A DNA stretch of 64,000 bases from Acidobacteriota bacterium (lineage in GTDB: Bacteria > Acidobacteriota > Vicinamibacteria > Vicinamibacterales > UBA8438): the NCBI GenBank assembly GCA_009861545.1, contig VXME01000110.1, positions 22,284 through 86,283 on the forward strand, written 5' to 3'. The notes under the pieces are model-generated. The model saw only the letters and a list, made by a program, of their open reading frames with translations, searched no databases and was not told where the DNA came from. The translations under genes were made by a program, and so were the position numbers. Positions 45,025 to 54,828 of the stretch are shown here, one piece after another; the stretch's first letter is position 1; every line of letters begins with the position of its first letter.

Positions 45025-46410
45025 ATGATGATCACCAGGAAGGCCATCCCCCGGCGAACCGTGCTCCGCGGCGCCGGCGCCGCGCTCGCGCTGCCGCTGC
45101 TCGACGGCATGGTGCCGGCGCTGACCGCGCTGTCGAAGACCCCGGCCCGGCGGGTTTCCCGTTTCTGCGCGGTGTACGTGCCGAACGGGATCATCATGAA
45201 GGACTGGACGCCGGCCGCCGAAGGGAGCGCCTTCGAGTTCACGCCGACGTTGAAGCCGCTCGCGGCCCATCGCCGGCAACTGCTGGTGGTGAGCGGGCTC
45301 GACAACACCGGGGCCAGCTCGCGGACCGGGAACCCCGGGTCGCACGCCAAGCCGGCCGGCGCCTTCCTGACCGGGGTCGAGCCGCTCCAGACGACGAGCA
45401 GCTCGAGCCTGGACCTGGGCATCTCCATGGATCAGATCCTGGCGAAGACGATCAGCCAGGACACGCCGCTGCCGTCGCTGGAGTTGGGCCTGGAGGGCGC
45501 CGACACCGTCAACGGCGTCGGGACGTGCGGCGTCGGCTTCAATTGCGCCTACCAGAACACCCTGGCATGGGCCGGCCCGTCGACGCCGCTGCCGGTGGAG
45601 CCGAACCCGCGCGTGGTTTTCGAGCGTCTGTTCGGCGACATCGGCAGCACGGATCCGGCCGCGCGGAACGCCCGCCTGCGCCGGCAGAGCAGCATCCTCG
45701 ACTCCGTGCTCGACAAGGTCCGCCACCTGCACGGCGACCTCGGGCATCGCGACCAGCGGAAGATCGACGAGTACGTCGACTCGGTCCGCGAGATCGAGCG
45801 GCGCATCCAGAACGCCGAGGCGGACGGCCGCGAGCTGCCGCTGGTCGACTCGCCGGCCGGCATCCCGGTGGACTACGACGAGCACGCGCGGCTGATGTTC
45901 GACATGCAGGCGCTTGCGTTCCAGACCGATTCGACGCGCGTCATCACGTTCCAGATCGGCCGCGAGCAGAGCGGTGCGACGTACCCGCAGATCGGCGTCT
46001 CGGACTCGCACCACCCGATCTCGCACCACGGCGGCGACCCGAAGAAGATCGCCTCCCTGCAGCGCATCAACGCCTACCACGTCTCGCTGCTCGGCTACTT
46101 CCTCGACAAGCTGGCGGCGACCGACGACGGCGACGGTTCGGTCCTCGACAACGTCGCCATCCTGTACGGCAGCGCCATCAGCGAGGGCAACCGGCACGAT
46201 TCCCGGAACCTCCCGCTGCTGCTGGCCGGCGGGGCGGGCGGACGCCTCGCCGGCGGGCGCCATCTCCGGTATCCGCGCCGCACCCAGCGGCTGACGAACC
46301 TGCAGTTGACGCTGCTCAACCTGCTGGGGGTGCCGGCGGAGAAGTTCGGCGACAGCACCGGCGAGCGGCTCGGCGAGCTTGCCGGCGTCGCACGGGCGAC
46401 CACGGGCTAG
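45025..46410 (+). CDS. DUF1552 domain protein (Tat-signal)
   Basis: MMITRKAIPRRTVLRGAGAALALPLLDGM is followed by FCAVYVPNGIIMKDWTP...LVVSGLDN...SLELG...HHPISHHGGDP...LLLAGGAGGRL. This matches the DUF1552 family pattern as I recall it. It is a paralog of 50909..52249. Confidence 0.8.
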   Translation: MMITRKAIPRRTVLRGAGAALALPLLDGMVPALTALSKTPARRVSRFCAVYVPNGIIMKDWTPAAEGSAFEFTPTLKPLAAHRRQLLVVSGLDNTGASSRTGNPGSHAKPAGAFLTGVEPLQTTSSSSLDLGISMDQILAKTISQDTPLPSLELGLEGADTVNGVGTCGVGFNCAYQNTLAWAGPSTPLPVEPNPRVVFERLFGDIGSTDPAARNARLRRQSSILDSVLDKVRHLHGDLGHRDQRKIDEYVDSVREIERRIQNAEADGRELPLVDSPAGIPVDYDEHARLMFDMQALAFQTDSTRVITFQIGREQSGATYPQIGVSDSHHPISHHGGDPKKIASLQRINAYHVSLLGYFLDKLAATDDGDGSVLDNVAILYGSAISEGNRHDSRNLPLLLAGGAGGRLAGGRHLRYPRRTQRLTNLQLTLLNLLGVPAEKFGDSTGERLGELAGVARATTG

Positions 46411-46429
46411 GACTTGCACAGGCCAGGAA

Positions 46430-46462
46430 TTGCGCCCTCCCGCGTCGTGCGGAAGGGCGCAA
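46430..46462. terminator. hairpin between convergent genes (candidate bidirectional terminator)
   Basis: TTGCGCCCT-cccgcgtcgtgcgga-AGGGCGCAA has a 9-bp perfect stem and lies between the stops at 46410 (+) and 46492 (-). There is no U-tract. Confidence 0.4.
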
Positions 46463-46491
46463 CCCCGGCACGGTGCAGCCTTTCCCCGCGT

Positions 46492-47259
46492 TCACGGAAG
46501 CGTCGGCATCGTGAGCTCGCTGCCGGGCGGCCGCTGCACGTCGAACGCCTTCAACGTGTAGTTCACCAGCGTGTAGTGGCCGATCAGGCCGGCGATGTCC
46601 ATCAGGCCCTGGTTGCCGAAGATCCGCTGCGCCGCCTCGAACGCCTCGTCGCTCAGCTTCGGCTCGCGGATCAGCTCGCGGACGACGCGGATGATGGTCC
46701 GCTCCGGCTCGTTCAACCCGGGCAGCTCTCCGGCGTCGGCCAGCGGGGTGTCCCACCGCAGCAGATCGATGATCTCCTCCTCGAGCCCCGCGCTGCGGCC
46801 CAGCCCTTCGTGGGCGGACCACTCGTACTGGCTGTTCAGCGCGCGGGCGGCGGTCAGGATGGCGAGCTCGGCGAGCCGCTGGTCCCGGTTGCCGTCGGCG
46901 CCGTAGCGCAGGTAGGAGCTGGCCGGGAACAGGTGCTCGGCCATGAGCGGGCTGTTCATCCACATGCCGATCGGGCCGCGCAGGCCGGTGGCGTAGCGGC
47001 TGCCCGGATTGACGATGACGTCGTACGCCCGCTGGCCGTCGGCGTCGAGGGAGTCGCGCGTGATCTGCGGCACGCGCGCCCACGAGTCCTCGTGGATGCC
47101 CGACGGGATGTCCTCGGGCGTGACGACGTGCGGCGTGAAGTCGCCGCTCTGGGCCGACGCGGCTACGGCGAATGGGGCGCCGGCCCCGGCCGCGACGATG
47201 CCGACGACGGCGGCGAGCGCGGCGACGCACGCGGTTGCGATCAGGTGATTCAGCTTCAC
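46492..47259 (-). CDS. carboxymuconolactone decarboxylase (AhpD-like) family protein with signal peptide
   Basis: ELAILTAARALNSQYEWSAHEGLGRSAGLEEEIIDLL and a second helical repeat are typical of the CMD family. The N-terminus MKLNHLIATACVAALAAVVGIVAAGAGA looks exported. Confidence 0.7.
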   Translation of the reverse strand: MKLNHLIATACVAALAAVVGIVAAGAGAPFAVAASAQSGDFTPHVVTPEDIPSGIHEDSWARVPQITRDSLDADGQRAYDVIVNPGSRYATGLRGPIGMWMNSPLMAEHLFPASSYLRYGADGNRDQRLAELAILTAARALNSQYEWSAHEGLGRSAGLEEEIIDLLRWDTPLADAGELPGLNEPERTIIRVVRELIREPKLSDEAFEAAQRIFGNQGLMDIAGLIGHYTLVNYTLKAFDVQRPPGSELTMPTLP

Positions 47260-48173
47260 GGGTCTCCTCCTTGTTCGATGTTCGGCAACGCGATGTAGTC
47301 GTGCCCGGCCACCGGTTCAACGGTGTAGCCGAGCGTCTCCAACCGGTCCCAGGTAGCGTGGATCCGCTCCCGCACGGCGGGCGACGCCGTCGCGTAATCC
47401 TCGCCGCCCATGATCTCGATCAGGATCGCCGGCCGGTTGCGGCGGATGGTCTCGACGGCTCCTGCGAGCACCTCGTTCTCGTAGTGCTCCACGTCGATCT
47501 TCAGCAGCGACACGCGCTCGAAGCCGAAGCTGTCGAGGCTGCGCAGCTCCGCCCGGTCGCCCCCGGCGCCGACGCCGGTGCCGCCCTCGTTGCCCTGCGT
47601 GGCGGGATTCATCTCGATGACGCGCGTCTCCCCCGCGCCGATCGCATAGCGCAGCGGCACGACGTTGTTCAGACCGTTCAGGGCGAGGTTGTGGTACAGC
47701 TCGCGGTAGATCTTCCGCTGCGGCTCGAACGCGTAGACGCGGCCCCAGGGCCCGACCAGGCGGGCGAGCGACACGGTGTGGCTGCCGATGTGCGCCCCGA
47801 CCTCGACCGCCACGGAGCCCGGCTCGACGTGCTCCTCGAACAGCTCCGCCTGGTGCCGCTCCCACGCGTAGCCGGCCACGATGACCTGCTTGATCATGTC
47901 GGACGGATCGTCGATGAAGAAGCGGCCGACGCCCGCGACCTCGTGCTGCTCGTATTCCTCGATCGGGAACGCGTTGAGATGGCGCCGTGTCCTCTCCACG
48001 TCGTCGAGCAGCGCCGGGGCCACGGACGCGATCGGCAACGGGACGTAGTCTTCGGGAGGATTGCCCGGCCCGCAGGCCAGCAGCACGCCCGCGGCGATCG
48101 CCGGGATCGACGTCCGTCTCGTCAACGACTTCACCCACGCGACTCGCCGCCCCGCGATCGAACCAGGGTCCAT
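47256..48173 (-). CDS. FkbM family methyltransferase with lipobox-like N-terminus
   Basis: VAVEVGAHIGSHTVSLARLVGPWGRVYAFEPQRKIY...LLKIDVEHYENEVLAGA...NRPAILIE is the FkbM/MTase_21 pattern. Start at ATG 48173 (…IPAIAAGVLLACGPG); the track ORF extends to 48413. There is a 4-nt overlap with the CMD gene. Confidence 0.8.
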   Translation of the reverse strand: MDPGSIAGRRVAWVKSLTRRTSIPAIAAGVLLACGPGNPPEDYVPLPIASVAPALLDDVERTRRHLNAFPIEEYEQHEVAGVGRFFIDDPSDMIKQVIVAGYAWERHQAELFEEHVEPGSVAVEVGAHIGSHTVSLARLVGPWGRVYAFEPQRKIYRELYHNLALNGLNNVVPLRYAIGAGETRVIEMNPATQGNEGGTGVGAGGDRAELRSLDSFGFERVSLLKIDVEHYENEVLAGAVETIRRNRPAILIEIMGGEDYATASPAVRERIHATWDRLETLGYTVEPVAGHDYIALPNIEQGGDP

Positions 48174-48225
48174 CGCCGCCAATACTACAGGGGCGGCGCT
48201 GCCGCCGGCGGCGGCCGGCGCGCGC

Positions 48226-49527
48226 TCACCCGTCCCGCGCCGCCCGCCGCAGGACCTCGCCGGTCCGCGCCGCCGCCGCCGCCCAGTCGAACCCCCCGGC
48301 CCGCTCCCGTCCCAGCTCGGCCAGACGCCCGCGCAGGATCTCGTCGTGCGCGAGCGCGACCAGCGCCCGCTTCCAGGCCGCGGGATCGTGCACCGGCGCG
48401 AAGACGGCCGCATCGCCGGCGACCTCCCGGAACACCGGAATGTCGCTCGCCACGACCGGCGTGCCGGCCGCCATTCCCTCGACCAGCGGCAGGCCGAAGC
48501 CCTCGTACAGCGAGGGACAGACGACGGCGAGCGCTCCGCGGTAGAGGGCGGCCAACGCGTCGTCGTCGACGTAGCCGGGATGATGCAGCCAGCCGGCCGC
48601 GGCGGCGCGGTCGAACGCCGCGTGCAGCGCCTCGCTCTTCCAGCCCCGCCGGCCGCACAGCAGGAGCGCCGGCGCCGCCGGGTCGTCGGCCACCCACGAC
48701 TCCCACACGCCGAGCAGCAGCTCGATGTTCTTGCGCGGCTCGATGGTGCCGACGTGCAGCATGTAGCGCCCGGGGGTTCCGGGAGGCGGCGCCCCGCCCT
48801 TCCGCGTCGACAGGTGCCCCGGACCGTGGTGAATCGCGGTGACCCGCGCCGCCCCGATCGCCTCGGTCGCGAGGAGCTCGTCGCGAACCGTGCGCGACAC
48901 GGTGATCACGGCGCTCGCGCGGGCCAGCGTGCGATGGAACTGCGCATCGAGAGCGGCGCGCGTCTCCTCGCGAACCGTCCCCGGCAGCCGGCGGAACGCG
49001 AGGTCGTGGACCGTCGCCACGGTCGCTCCGCGGGACAGCCGAAACGCCCGCGGCAGTATGAAGTTCGGCGCGAAGAGCACCGCGTTGCGCTGCAGGGCGA
49101 AGACCAGCGGCTCCATCAGCCGCAGGGCGCGCAGCACGCTGCGCCGCCGGCCCCACCGGCCGGGCGGCGCCAGCCCCGTCACCATCTCGATGGCCGGGCC
49201 GCGGGGCGGGTCCACGACCGGACCCGGCGCGTCCGGGTTGGGAAACAGCGTCGGTCCGTAGAGCCGCAGGCGCAGCCCCTCCGCCGCGGCCAGGTGCCGG
49301 AGGAGCTCGTACAGGTACCAGCCGACGCCGGTCAGGGGCTCCCAGAACGCGCGGACGTCGACCGCAACGGTCAGTCGCCCGTCCGGGGACGCGCCAGCCG
49401 CGGCGGCGCCCAGGCGCCGCAACCAATCGCCTGCCGCGCGGACGCCCGCGGCGGCCCGCTCCCGGCGCGCGCGGATGCCGTTCTCCTTTCCCGGCTCACT
49501 CGCAACATCCTTGGCGGACGCAGGCAC
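48226..49527 (-). CDS. glycosyltransferase family 4 (GT-B, GT1/GT4-like)
   Basis: HVGTIEPRKNIELLL...LLLCGRRGW...PSLYEGFGLPLVEGMAAGTPVVASDIPVFREVAGDAA is the classic EX7E GT4 C-domain. The start is uncertain. I trimmed to GTG 49527 because the track extension to 49800 runs through repeat copy B. Confidence 0.8.
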   Translation of the reverse strand: MPASAKDVASEPGKENGIRARRERAAAGVRAAGDWLRRLGAAAAGASPDGRLTVAVDVRAFWEPLTGVGWYLYELLRHLAAAEGLRLRLYGPTLFPNPDAPGPVVDPPRGPAIEMVTGLAPPGRWGRRRSVLRALRLMEPLVFALQRNAVLFAPNFILPRAFRLSRGATVATVHDLAFRRLPGTVREETRAALDAQFHRTLARASAVITVSRTVRDELLATEAIGAARVTAIHHGPGHLSTRKGGAPPPGTPGRYMLHVGTIEPRKNIELLLGVWESWVADDPAAPALLLCGRRGWKSEALHAAFDRAAAAGWLHHPGYVDDDALAALYRGALAVVCPSLYEGFGLPLVEGMAAGTPVVASDIPVFREVAGDAAVFAPVHDPAAWKRALVALAHDEILRGRLAELGRERAGGFDWAAAAARTGEVLRRAARDG

Positions 49528-49550
49528 GCCGTGGATTCTAGAAGCTCGCG

Positions 49551-49643
49551 CCGCAGAACGCAGCGATGCGGAGTTCCGAGGCGCAAGGTCATGGAGTGGG
49601 GGGATGGGCAAGGACTCCGAGCCTGCGAGGCGTTTCGGGGCGC
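49551..49643 (+). repeat. ~100-bp intergenic repeat element, copy B
   Basis: ccgcagaacgcagcgatgcggagttccgaggcgcaaggtcatggagtggggggatgggcaaggactccgagcctgcgaggcgtttcggggcgc aligns with 18102-18195. It lies in the divergent GT4/cyclase spacer. Confidence 0.7.
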
Positions 49644-49775
49644 GCCGCCAAACCCGTCGCCGGGCTCCGTGTTCGGCCCCATCCCTGCGTCTCGGAGCTC
49701 CCGTCACGAGCTGTTGGAACATAATGCTCTGCGTCGATACATCATCAGGCACGCGTATCGGGGGGGAGCACGCAG

Positions 49776-50768
49776 ATGACTCGCAGATCCAGCACGGCAT
49801 TCCTCAGGCTCGTCGCACTCGTCGCCGCGGCCGCGTTCGCCGCCGCCGTCACCGTCGAAACCCAGGAGCCGCGCAACCCGCGCAACGTCGAAGAGTTCGA
49901 CGCGATGTTCCAGGAGCTGAACAACTGGGGCCGCTGGGGCGCCGACGACGAGCTCGGCACGATGAATCTGATCACGCCCGAGAAGACGCGCGAAGCGGCG
50001 GCGCTCGTGCAGCGGGGCATCACCGTGTCGCTGGCGCACAACCCGATGCCGGACGAGGCGGTGGACAACCCCGACGCCGCGTTCAACCACACGATGGGCG
50101 CGTCGTTGCGGAGCGATACGTACGAGTTCCGATACCACGGCTACGGGGTCAGCCACATCGACTCGCTCTGCCACTTCCTGTGGAACGACCGGATGTACAA
50201 CGACATCCCGCCGTCGGCGAGCTCGCTGGAGGAGGGCTGCGGCAAGCTCGGCATCCAGAACCTGAAGCAGGGCATCGTCACGCGCGGCATCCTGCTCGAC
50301 TTCGCGCGCCTGAAGGGCGTGCCGTACCTGGAGCCGCAGACGCCGATCTACGTCGAGGACATCGAGGCCTGGGAAGAGATGGCCGGGGTCACGGTCTCGC
50401 CGGGCGACGTCGTCTTCGTGCGGACCGGCCGCTGGGCGCGCCGCGCCGCGCTCGGGCCGTGGCAGGTCTCGGGCAACAGCGCCGGGCTGCACGCGTCGGT
50501 GCTGCCCTGGATCAAGGAGCGCGGCGTCGCCATCGTCGGCAGCGACGCGGCCAGCGACGTGATGCCGTCGCTGGTCGAGGGCGTCACCCAGCCCGTCCAC
50601 ACGATGCTCATCGCCGGGCTCGGCACGCACATCTTCGACAACATGGACCTGGAGGCGCTGGCCGAGACCGCGGCGCAGGAGAACCGCTGGGAGTTCATGC
50701 TGACCGCCGGGCCGATCCCGGTCGAGGGAGGCACCGGCTCACCGCTCAACCCGATCGCGATCTTCTGA
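49776..50768 (+). CDS. cyclase family protein (kynurenine formamidase-like fold) with signal peptide
   Basis: WGRWGADDELGTMNLITPE...HGYGVSHIDSLCHF...VVFVRTGRW... resembles the putative cyclase family (HxGTHxDxPxH-like metal motif). The N-terminal signal is AFLRLVALVAAAAFAAA. Confidence 0.7.
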   Translation: MTRRSSTAFLRLVALVAAAAFAAAVTVETQEPRNPRNVEEFDAMFQELNNWGRWGADDELGTMNLITPEKTREAAALVQRGITVSLAHNPMPDEAVDNPDAAFNHTMGASLRSDTYEFRYHGYGVSHIDSLCHFLWNDRMYNDIPPSASSLEEGCGKLGIQNLKQGIVTRGILLDFARLKGVPYLEPQTPIYVEDIEAWEEMAGVTVSPGDVVFVRTGRWARRAALGPWQVSGNSAGLHASVLPWIKERGVAIVGSDAASDVMPSLVEGVTQPVHTMLIAGLGTHIFDNMDLEALAETAAQENRWEFMLTAGPIPVEGGTGSPLNPIAIF

Positions 50769-50908
50769 CCGCAGACCACGGCGCCGGGCTGGTGCAAGCG
50801 CACCACCCGGCGTCACGCCTTCTCCACGGACGCCCGGCGTCCCAGCACGGGCCCGGGCGCCCACCCACTCTGACCAGTCAACGAGCGACGGGCTCCCGAT
50901 AGAGCTCC

Positions 50909-52249
50909 TCAGATCTCCGCCAGGCGCCCGGTGCTGTCGCCGAGGCGGTCGCGGTGGACGTCCACCTTGTCCAGGATCGACAGCAGCAGGTTGGTCAGCG
51001 GGGTGCCGTCCGCACAGACCGCGTGGCGGCCGCCCTGCAGCCGGCCCCCGGCGCCGCCGGCCAGCAGCACCGGCAGATCGGTGTGCAGGTGCAGGTTCCC
51101 GTTGCTGATGCAGCCGCCGTACAGCAGCAGCGAATGATCCAGCAGCGTGCCGTCGCCGTCCGGCGTCTCGCGCAGCCGGTCCAGGAAGTAGCGGAACAGG
51201 CTGACGTGGTACGTGTTGATCTTCGCGTGCTTCGCCACCTTGTCGGCCGCGTTGCCGTGGTGCGAGATGGCGTGGTGCGGATCGGGCACGCCGATGTGGC
51301 TGTAGGTCCGCGTCGACGCTTCGCGCGCGAGCATGAACGTGCTGACGCGCGTGACGTCGGTCTGGAAGGCCAGCACCTGCAGGTCGTACATCAGCTTCAC
51401 GTGGTCGTCGTACAGCTCGGGCACCCCGACCGGCATCTCCGGCAGCTCGATGTGCTCGCCGACGCGCGCCTCCACCTTGCGGACGCGCTGCTCCACGTCG
51501 CGCACGCTGTCCAGGTACTCGTGCACGCGCGCGGCGTCGGCGGCGCCGAGCCGGGTCCGCAGGCGGCCCACCTCGCCGACGATGGCATCCAGGATGCTCC
51601 GGTCCCGGCCGAGCTGCCGCCGGCGCTCCTCCGCACCGAGACCCTCCCCGAACAGGCGCTCGAAGACGACGCGCGGATCGGTCTGCATGGGCAACGGCGT
51701 CGTCGCCGTGCGCCACGACAGCGTGTTGACGTAGCTGCACGAGTAGCCGATGTCGCACCCGCCGACGGCCGTGAAGTCCTCGGCGGCCACTTCCAGCGAG
51801 CGCAACTGCGTTTCGCGGCCCAGCTCGTCGGCCGCAAGTTGGTCGATGGTCTTGGCGCCGCGAACGTCGGCCCCCTGGGTCCGCCTGGGATGCACGCCGG
51901 TCAGCCACACCGCGCTGGCCCGCGCGTGGTCGCCCGAGCCCTCGCCCTCGGCCGCCTCCGCCGGGCGCGAGTCGAGGCCCGACAGGACGACGAGCCGGTC
52001 GCGGTGCGGCTCCAGCGACGCGAGTATCGGCGGCAGATCGAACGCCGTCCCCGCCGCGGCCGGCGTCCACTGCTCCATGATCGCGCCGTTCGGGATGTAG
52101 GAGAACGCGAGCCGGCGCACCGGCGCCGCCGCCGTGCGGGACATGGCCGACAGCGCGGGCACCATGGCGTCGAGCAACGGGAGCGCCAGCGTCGCGCCGG
52201 CGCCGCGCAGGAACGTCCGCCGCGGCAAGGCCTTCTTCGTGATGATCAT
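50909..52249 (-). CDS. DUF1552 domain protein (Tat-signal)
   Basis: MIITKKALPRRTFLRGAGATLALPLLDAM..., SYIPNGAIMEQWTP, LVVLSGLD, HHAISHHGN and LLAGGAGGRL are present. It is a paralog of 45025..46410 and lies immediately downstream of the DUF1592-type gene. Confidence 0.85.
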   Translation of the reverse strand: MIITKKALPRRTFLRGAGATLALPLLDAMVPALSAMSRTAAAPVRRLAFSYIPNGAIMEQWTPAAAGTAFDLPPILASLEPHRDRLVVLSGLDSRPAEAAEGEGSGDHARASAVWLTGVHPRRTQGADVRGAKTIDQLAADELGRETQLRSLEVAAEDFTAVGGCDIGYSCSYVNTLSWRTATTPLPMQTDPRVVFERLFGEGLGAEERRRQLGRDRSILDAIVGEVGRLRTRLGAADAARVHEYLDSVRDVEQRVRKVEARVGEHIELPEMPVGVPELYDDHVKLMYDLQVLAFQTDVTRVSTFMLAREASTRTYSHIGVPDPHHAISHHGNAADKVAKHAKINTYHVSLFRYFLDRLRETPDGDGTLLDHSLLLYGGCISNGNLHLHTDLPVLLAGGAGGRLQGGRHAVCADGTPLTNLLLSILDKVDVHRDRLGDSTGRLAEI

Positions 52250-52293
52250 CTGCGTCGCTCCCTCCCGTTCACTGACGATACGCCGCCCACCGG

Positions 52294-54828
52294 CTACGGC
52301 ACCGCCGCCCTTGCGCCCGCCGTCTCATCCGAAGCGGGCCGCTTCATCTTCATGCGAAATGCATCGCTCATCACGATGCCGGCGACGATCGACGAGAACC
52401 GGTAGTCCCGGTCGGCCGCCTGCCCGACGATCCTGCGCACCGCGGGCGCGTCGTAGTACTCCAGCCCCCGGCCAATCCCATACGTCAGCAGCTTGCGCGT
52501 GAACGTCTCGACGAACGTCCCGGGCCTCTGCAGGATGGCCTCCCGCAGCTCGCTCGGACCGTCGAACGCGGTCCCGTCGGGGAGGACGTCCGAGGCGTCG
52601 ATCGACTGCCCGTCGGCGCCGGTCCCGCGCCAGCGGCCGATCGCGTCGAAGTTCTCCAGCCCGAACCCGTACGGATCCATGCGCGCGTGACACGTGGCGC
52701 AGGCGGGGTTCGCGCGGTGCCGCGTCAGGCGCTCGCGGATGGACAGGCCCTCGGCGCTGCCCGTGTCCTCCAGGTCCGGCACGTCGGGCGGCGGGGGCGG
52801 CGGGGGCGCGCCCAGCAGGTTCTCGAGAATCCAGTTCCCGCGCAGCACCGGGGATGTCCGCGTCGCGTACGAGGTGACCGTCAGCACGCTGCCGTGGCCC
52901 AGCAGCCCGCGCCGCGCCGCGTCGGTCACGCGCACGCGGCGGAACCGATCCCCGTAGATGCCCCGCATCCCGTAGTGGCGCGCCAGGCGCTCGTTCACGA
53001 ACGTGTAGTCGGCGGTCAGCAGATCGAGGACGCTGCGATCCTCGTGCAGGATGCTCTCGAAGAACAGCTCCGTCTCGCGCTGCAGCGCGCGGCGCAGGTT
53101 GTCGTCGAAGTCCGGGAAGGTCGGCGGATCGGGATGCGTATTGCCCAGGTTCCGCAGGTACAGCCACTGGCCGGCGAAGTTCTCCACCAGCGCCGACGCG
53201 CGGGGATCGGCCAGCATGCGCCGCACCTGCCGCATCAGCTCCGCCGGATCCGTCAGGCGCCCGCCTTCGGCCGCCGCCAGCAACTCCTCGTCCGGGATGC
53301 TGCTCCAGAGAAAGAACGACAGCCGCGAGGCGAGGTCCAGGTCCGCCAGCGGATAGACGGCGCCGGCCGCGACAGCGGCGGGCTCGGCCTCCAGGCGGAA
53401 GATGAACTGCGGGCTGGCCAGGACGAAGCGCAGCGCCAGCTCGATACCCGCCTCGAAGCCGCCGTCGCGGCCGCCTTCCCGGTAGAAGTCGATCAGCCGG
53501 TCGAGCTCCGGCGCTTCGAGAGGCCGGCGGTAGGCCAGGCGACCCAGCCGCGAGAGAATCGAGCGGGCGCACGGCAGCTCGTCGGCGGAGCCCTCCGGAC
53601 GGCACGTGAAGATGCGCCGCCGGCTCGGCGTGTCCTCCGGCCGCACGGCGTCGAACGGCCCGGCGATCAGGACGCGGTCGACATCCGGCAACCCCCGGCG
53701 GCTGCTCGTACCGACGTAGCTGCGGAGAAACGGCCTCGCGACCTCTTCCGACAGCGCCGCGGGCCGGCCCACGAACGAGGCGACGATCTCGTGACGGCCG
53801 GCCGTGATCGGCAGCCGCACGCGCATCGACTCGTCCGCGGTGAACGCCTTCGTGGCAGTCTGGCCGGGGTTCTGCTCGTTGATCACGATCGGCCGGTAGG
53901 CGTCCTCGCTGCCGACCGGAAACAGGGCGACCCGCTCGCCGTCCAGGGTCAGCTCGACCCGATGCTCCTCGCCGATCCCGCGGATGGCGCCCACCGCGGT
54001 CCGCCGCAGCCGCACGCGAATCTCGTATTCGGCGTCGACCGGGAAGTGCTCCGCCACGCGGACGCCTCCGCGAGTGCCGAGCGGCAGGTCGCGCAGGTGG
54101 TAGTCCTGGGTCAGGTCTTCCGGCGTCTTGTAGGTAACGGTCGCCGCCGGGATCGCGGGGCTGCCGACGGCCAGCCGGCTGACCTTGCGCGCCGTCGTCA
54201 CGTAGCTCTCGATGAGCAGCGGGGACACCCCCAGGGCGTCCGCGATGTTGTCGAAGCCGTAGGTGGAATCGTCAGCGGGCAACGCGCTGACGTCGGCATC
54301 GACGCCCAGCAGATCGCGCACCGCGTTGCGGTACTCCGTGCGGTTCATCCGGTGCAGCAGCGGGCGACCCGGGTTGGGGCGCGCGAGCGCGGCCGTATCG
54401 AGCGTCGTCTCCAGCCACGAGGCGAAGGCGCTGTACGCGGCCCCCGCCGGCCGCGGGCGCCCCGCCGGGGGCATGGTGCGGCTACGCAGCTTCTGGACGA
54501 CCTTCTCCCACAGCTCGGGGTGGGCGGCGACGTGCTCCGCGGAGACCTCGACCGCGTCCAAAGCAAGGCCGGCGGTCCGCAACCGGCCGTTGTGGCAGGT
54601 CACGCAATAGCGCTGCACGAGCGCGGCGTGGTCGTCGGGCGCCGCCGCGGCGGGTGCGGCGCCGACGGCTCGCGGCGCCTGCACCAAGGCCGTTGGCGCG
54701 GCAGCCACGGCGGCCTGCGACGCCTCGGCAGGAGCGATGCCGGTCAGCAAACTGCCGGCCAGCAGACTGCCGGCCAGCCGCGCCAACCCCACGTGTCGCA
54801 GTCGCCGGACGCGCCGTCCGACTGCCAT
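52294..54828 (-). CDS. DUF1587/DUF1592/DUF1595/DUF1588/DUF1585-type protein with two CxxCH motifs
   Basis: YCVTCHNGRLRTAGLALD...MPPAGRPRP is at the N-terminus and NPACATCHARMDPYGFGLENFD near the C-terminus. This is the typical partner architecture of DUF1552. Start set at ATG 54828 (signal-like MAVGRRVRRLRHVGLARLAGSLLAGSLL); the track ORF extends to 54963. Confidence 0.8.
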   Translation of the reverse strand: MAVGRRVRRLRHVGLARLAGSLLAGSLLTGIAPAEASQAAVAAAPTALVQAPRAVGAAPAAAAPDDHAALVQRYCVTCHNGRLRTAGLALDAVEVSAEHVAAHPELWEKVVQKLRSRTMPPAGRPRPAGAAYSAFASWLETTLDTAALARPNPGRPLLHRMNRTEYRNAVRDLLGVDADVSALPADDSTYGFDNIADALGVSPLLIESYVTTARKVSRLAVGSPAIPAATVTYKTPEDLTQDYHLRDLPLGTRGGVRVAEHFPVDAEYEIRVRLRRTAVGAIRGIGEEHRVELTLDGERVALFPVGSEDAYRPIVINEQNPGQTATKAFTADESMRVRLPITAGRHEIVASFVGRPAALSEEVARPFLRSYVGTSSRRGLPDVDRVLIAGPFDAVRPEDTPSRRRIFTCRPEGSADELPCARSILSRLGRLAYRRPLEAPELDRLIDFYREGGRDGGFEAGIELALRFVLASPQFIFRLEAEPAAVAAGAVYPLADLDLASRLSFFLWSSIPDEELLAAAEGGRLTDPAELMRQVRRMLADPRASALVENFAGQWLYLRNLGNTHPDPPTFPDFDDNLRRALQRETELFFESILHEDRSVLDLLTADYTFVNERLARHYGMRGIYGDRFRRVRVTDAARRGLLGHGSVLTVTSYATRTSPVLRGNWILENLLGAPPPPPPPDVPDLEDTGSAEGLSIRERLTRHRANPACATCHARMDPYGFGLENFDAIGRWRGTGADGQSIDASDVLPDGTAFDGPSELREAILQRPGTFVETFTRKLLTYGIGRGLEYYDAPAVRRIVGQAADRDYRFSSIVAGIVMSDAFRMKMKRPASDETAGARAAVP

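Noticed and set aside
48226-49800. Full 524-aa extent of the glycosyltransferase ORF
   Set aside because: The N-terminal ~90 codons run through intergenic repeat copy B (49551-49643) and have non-protein-like composition. I trimmed to GTG 49527, although the true start remains uncertain.
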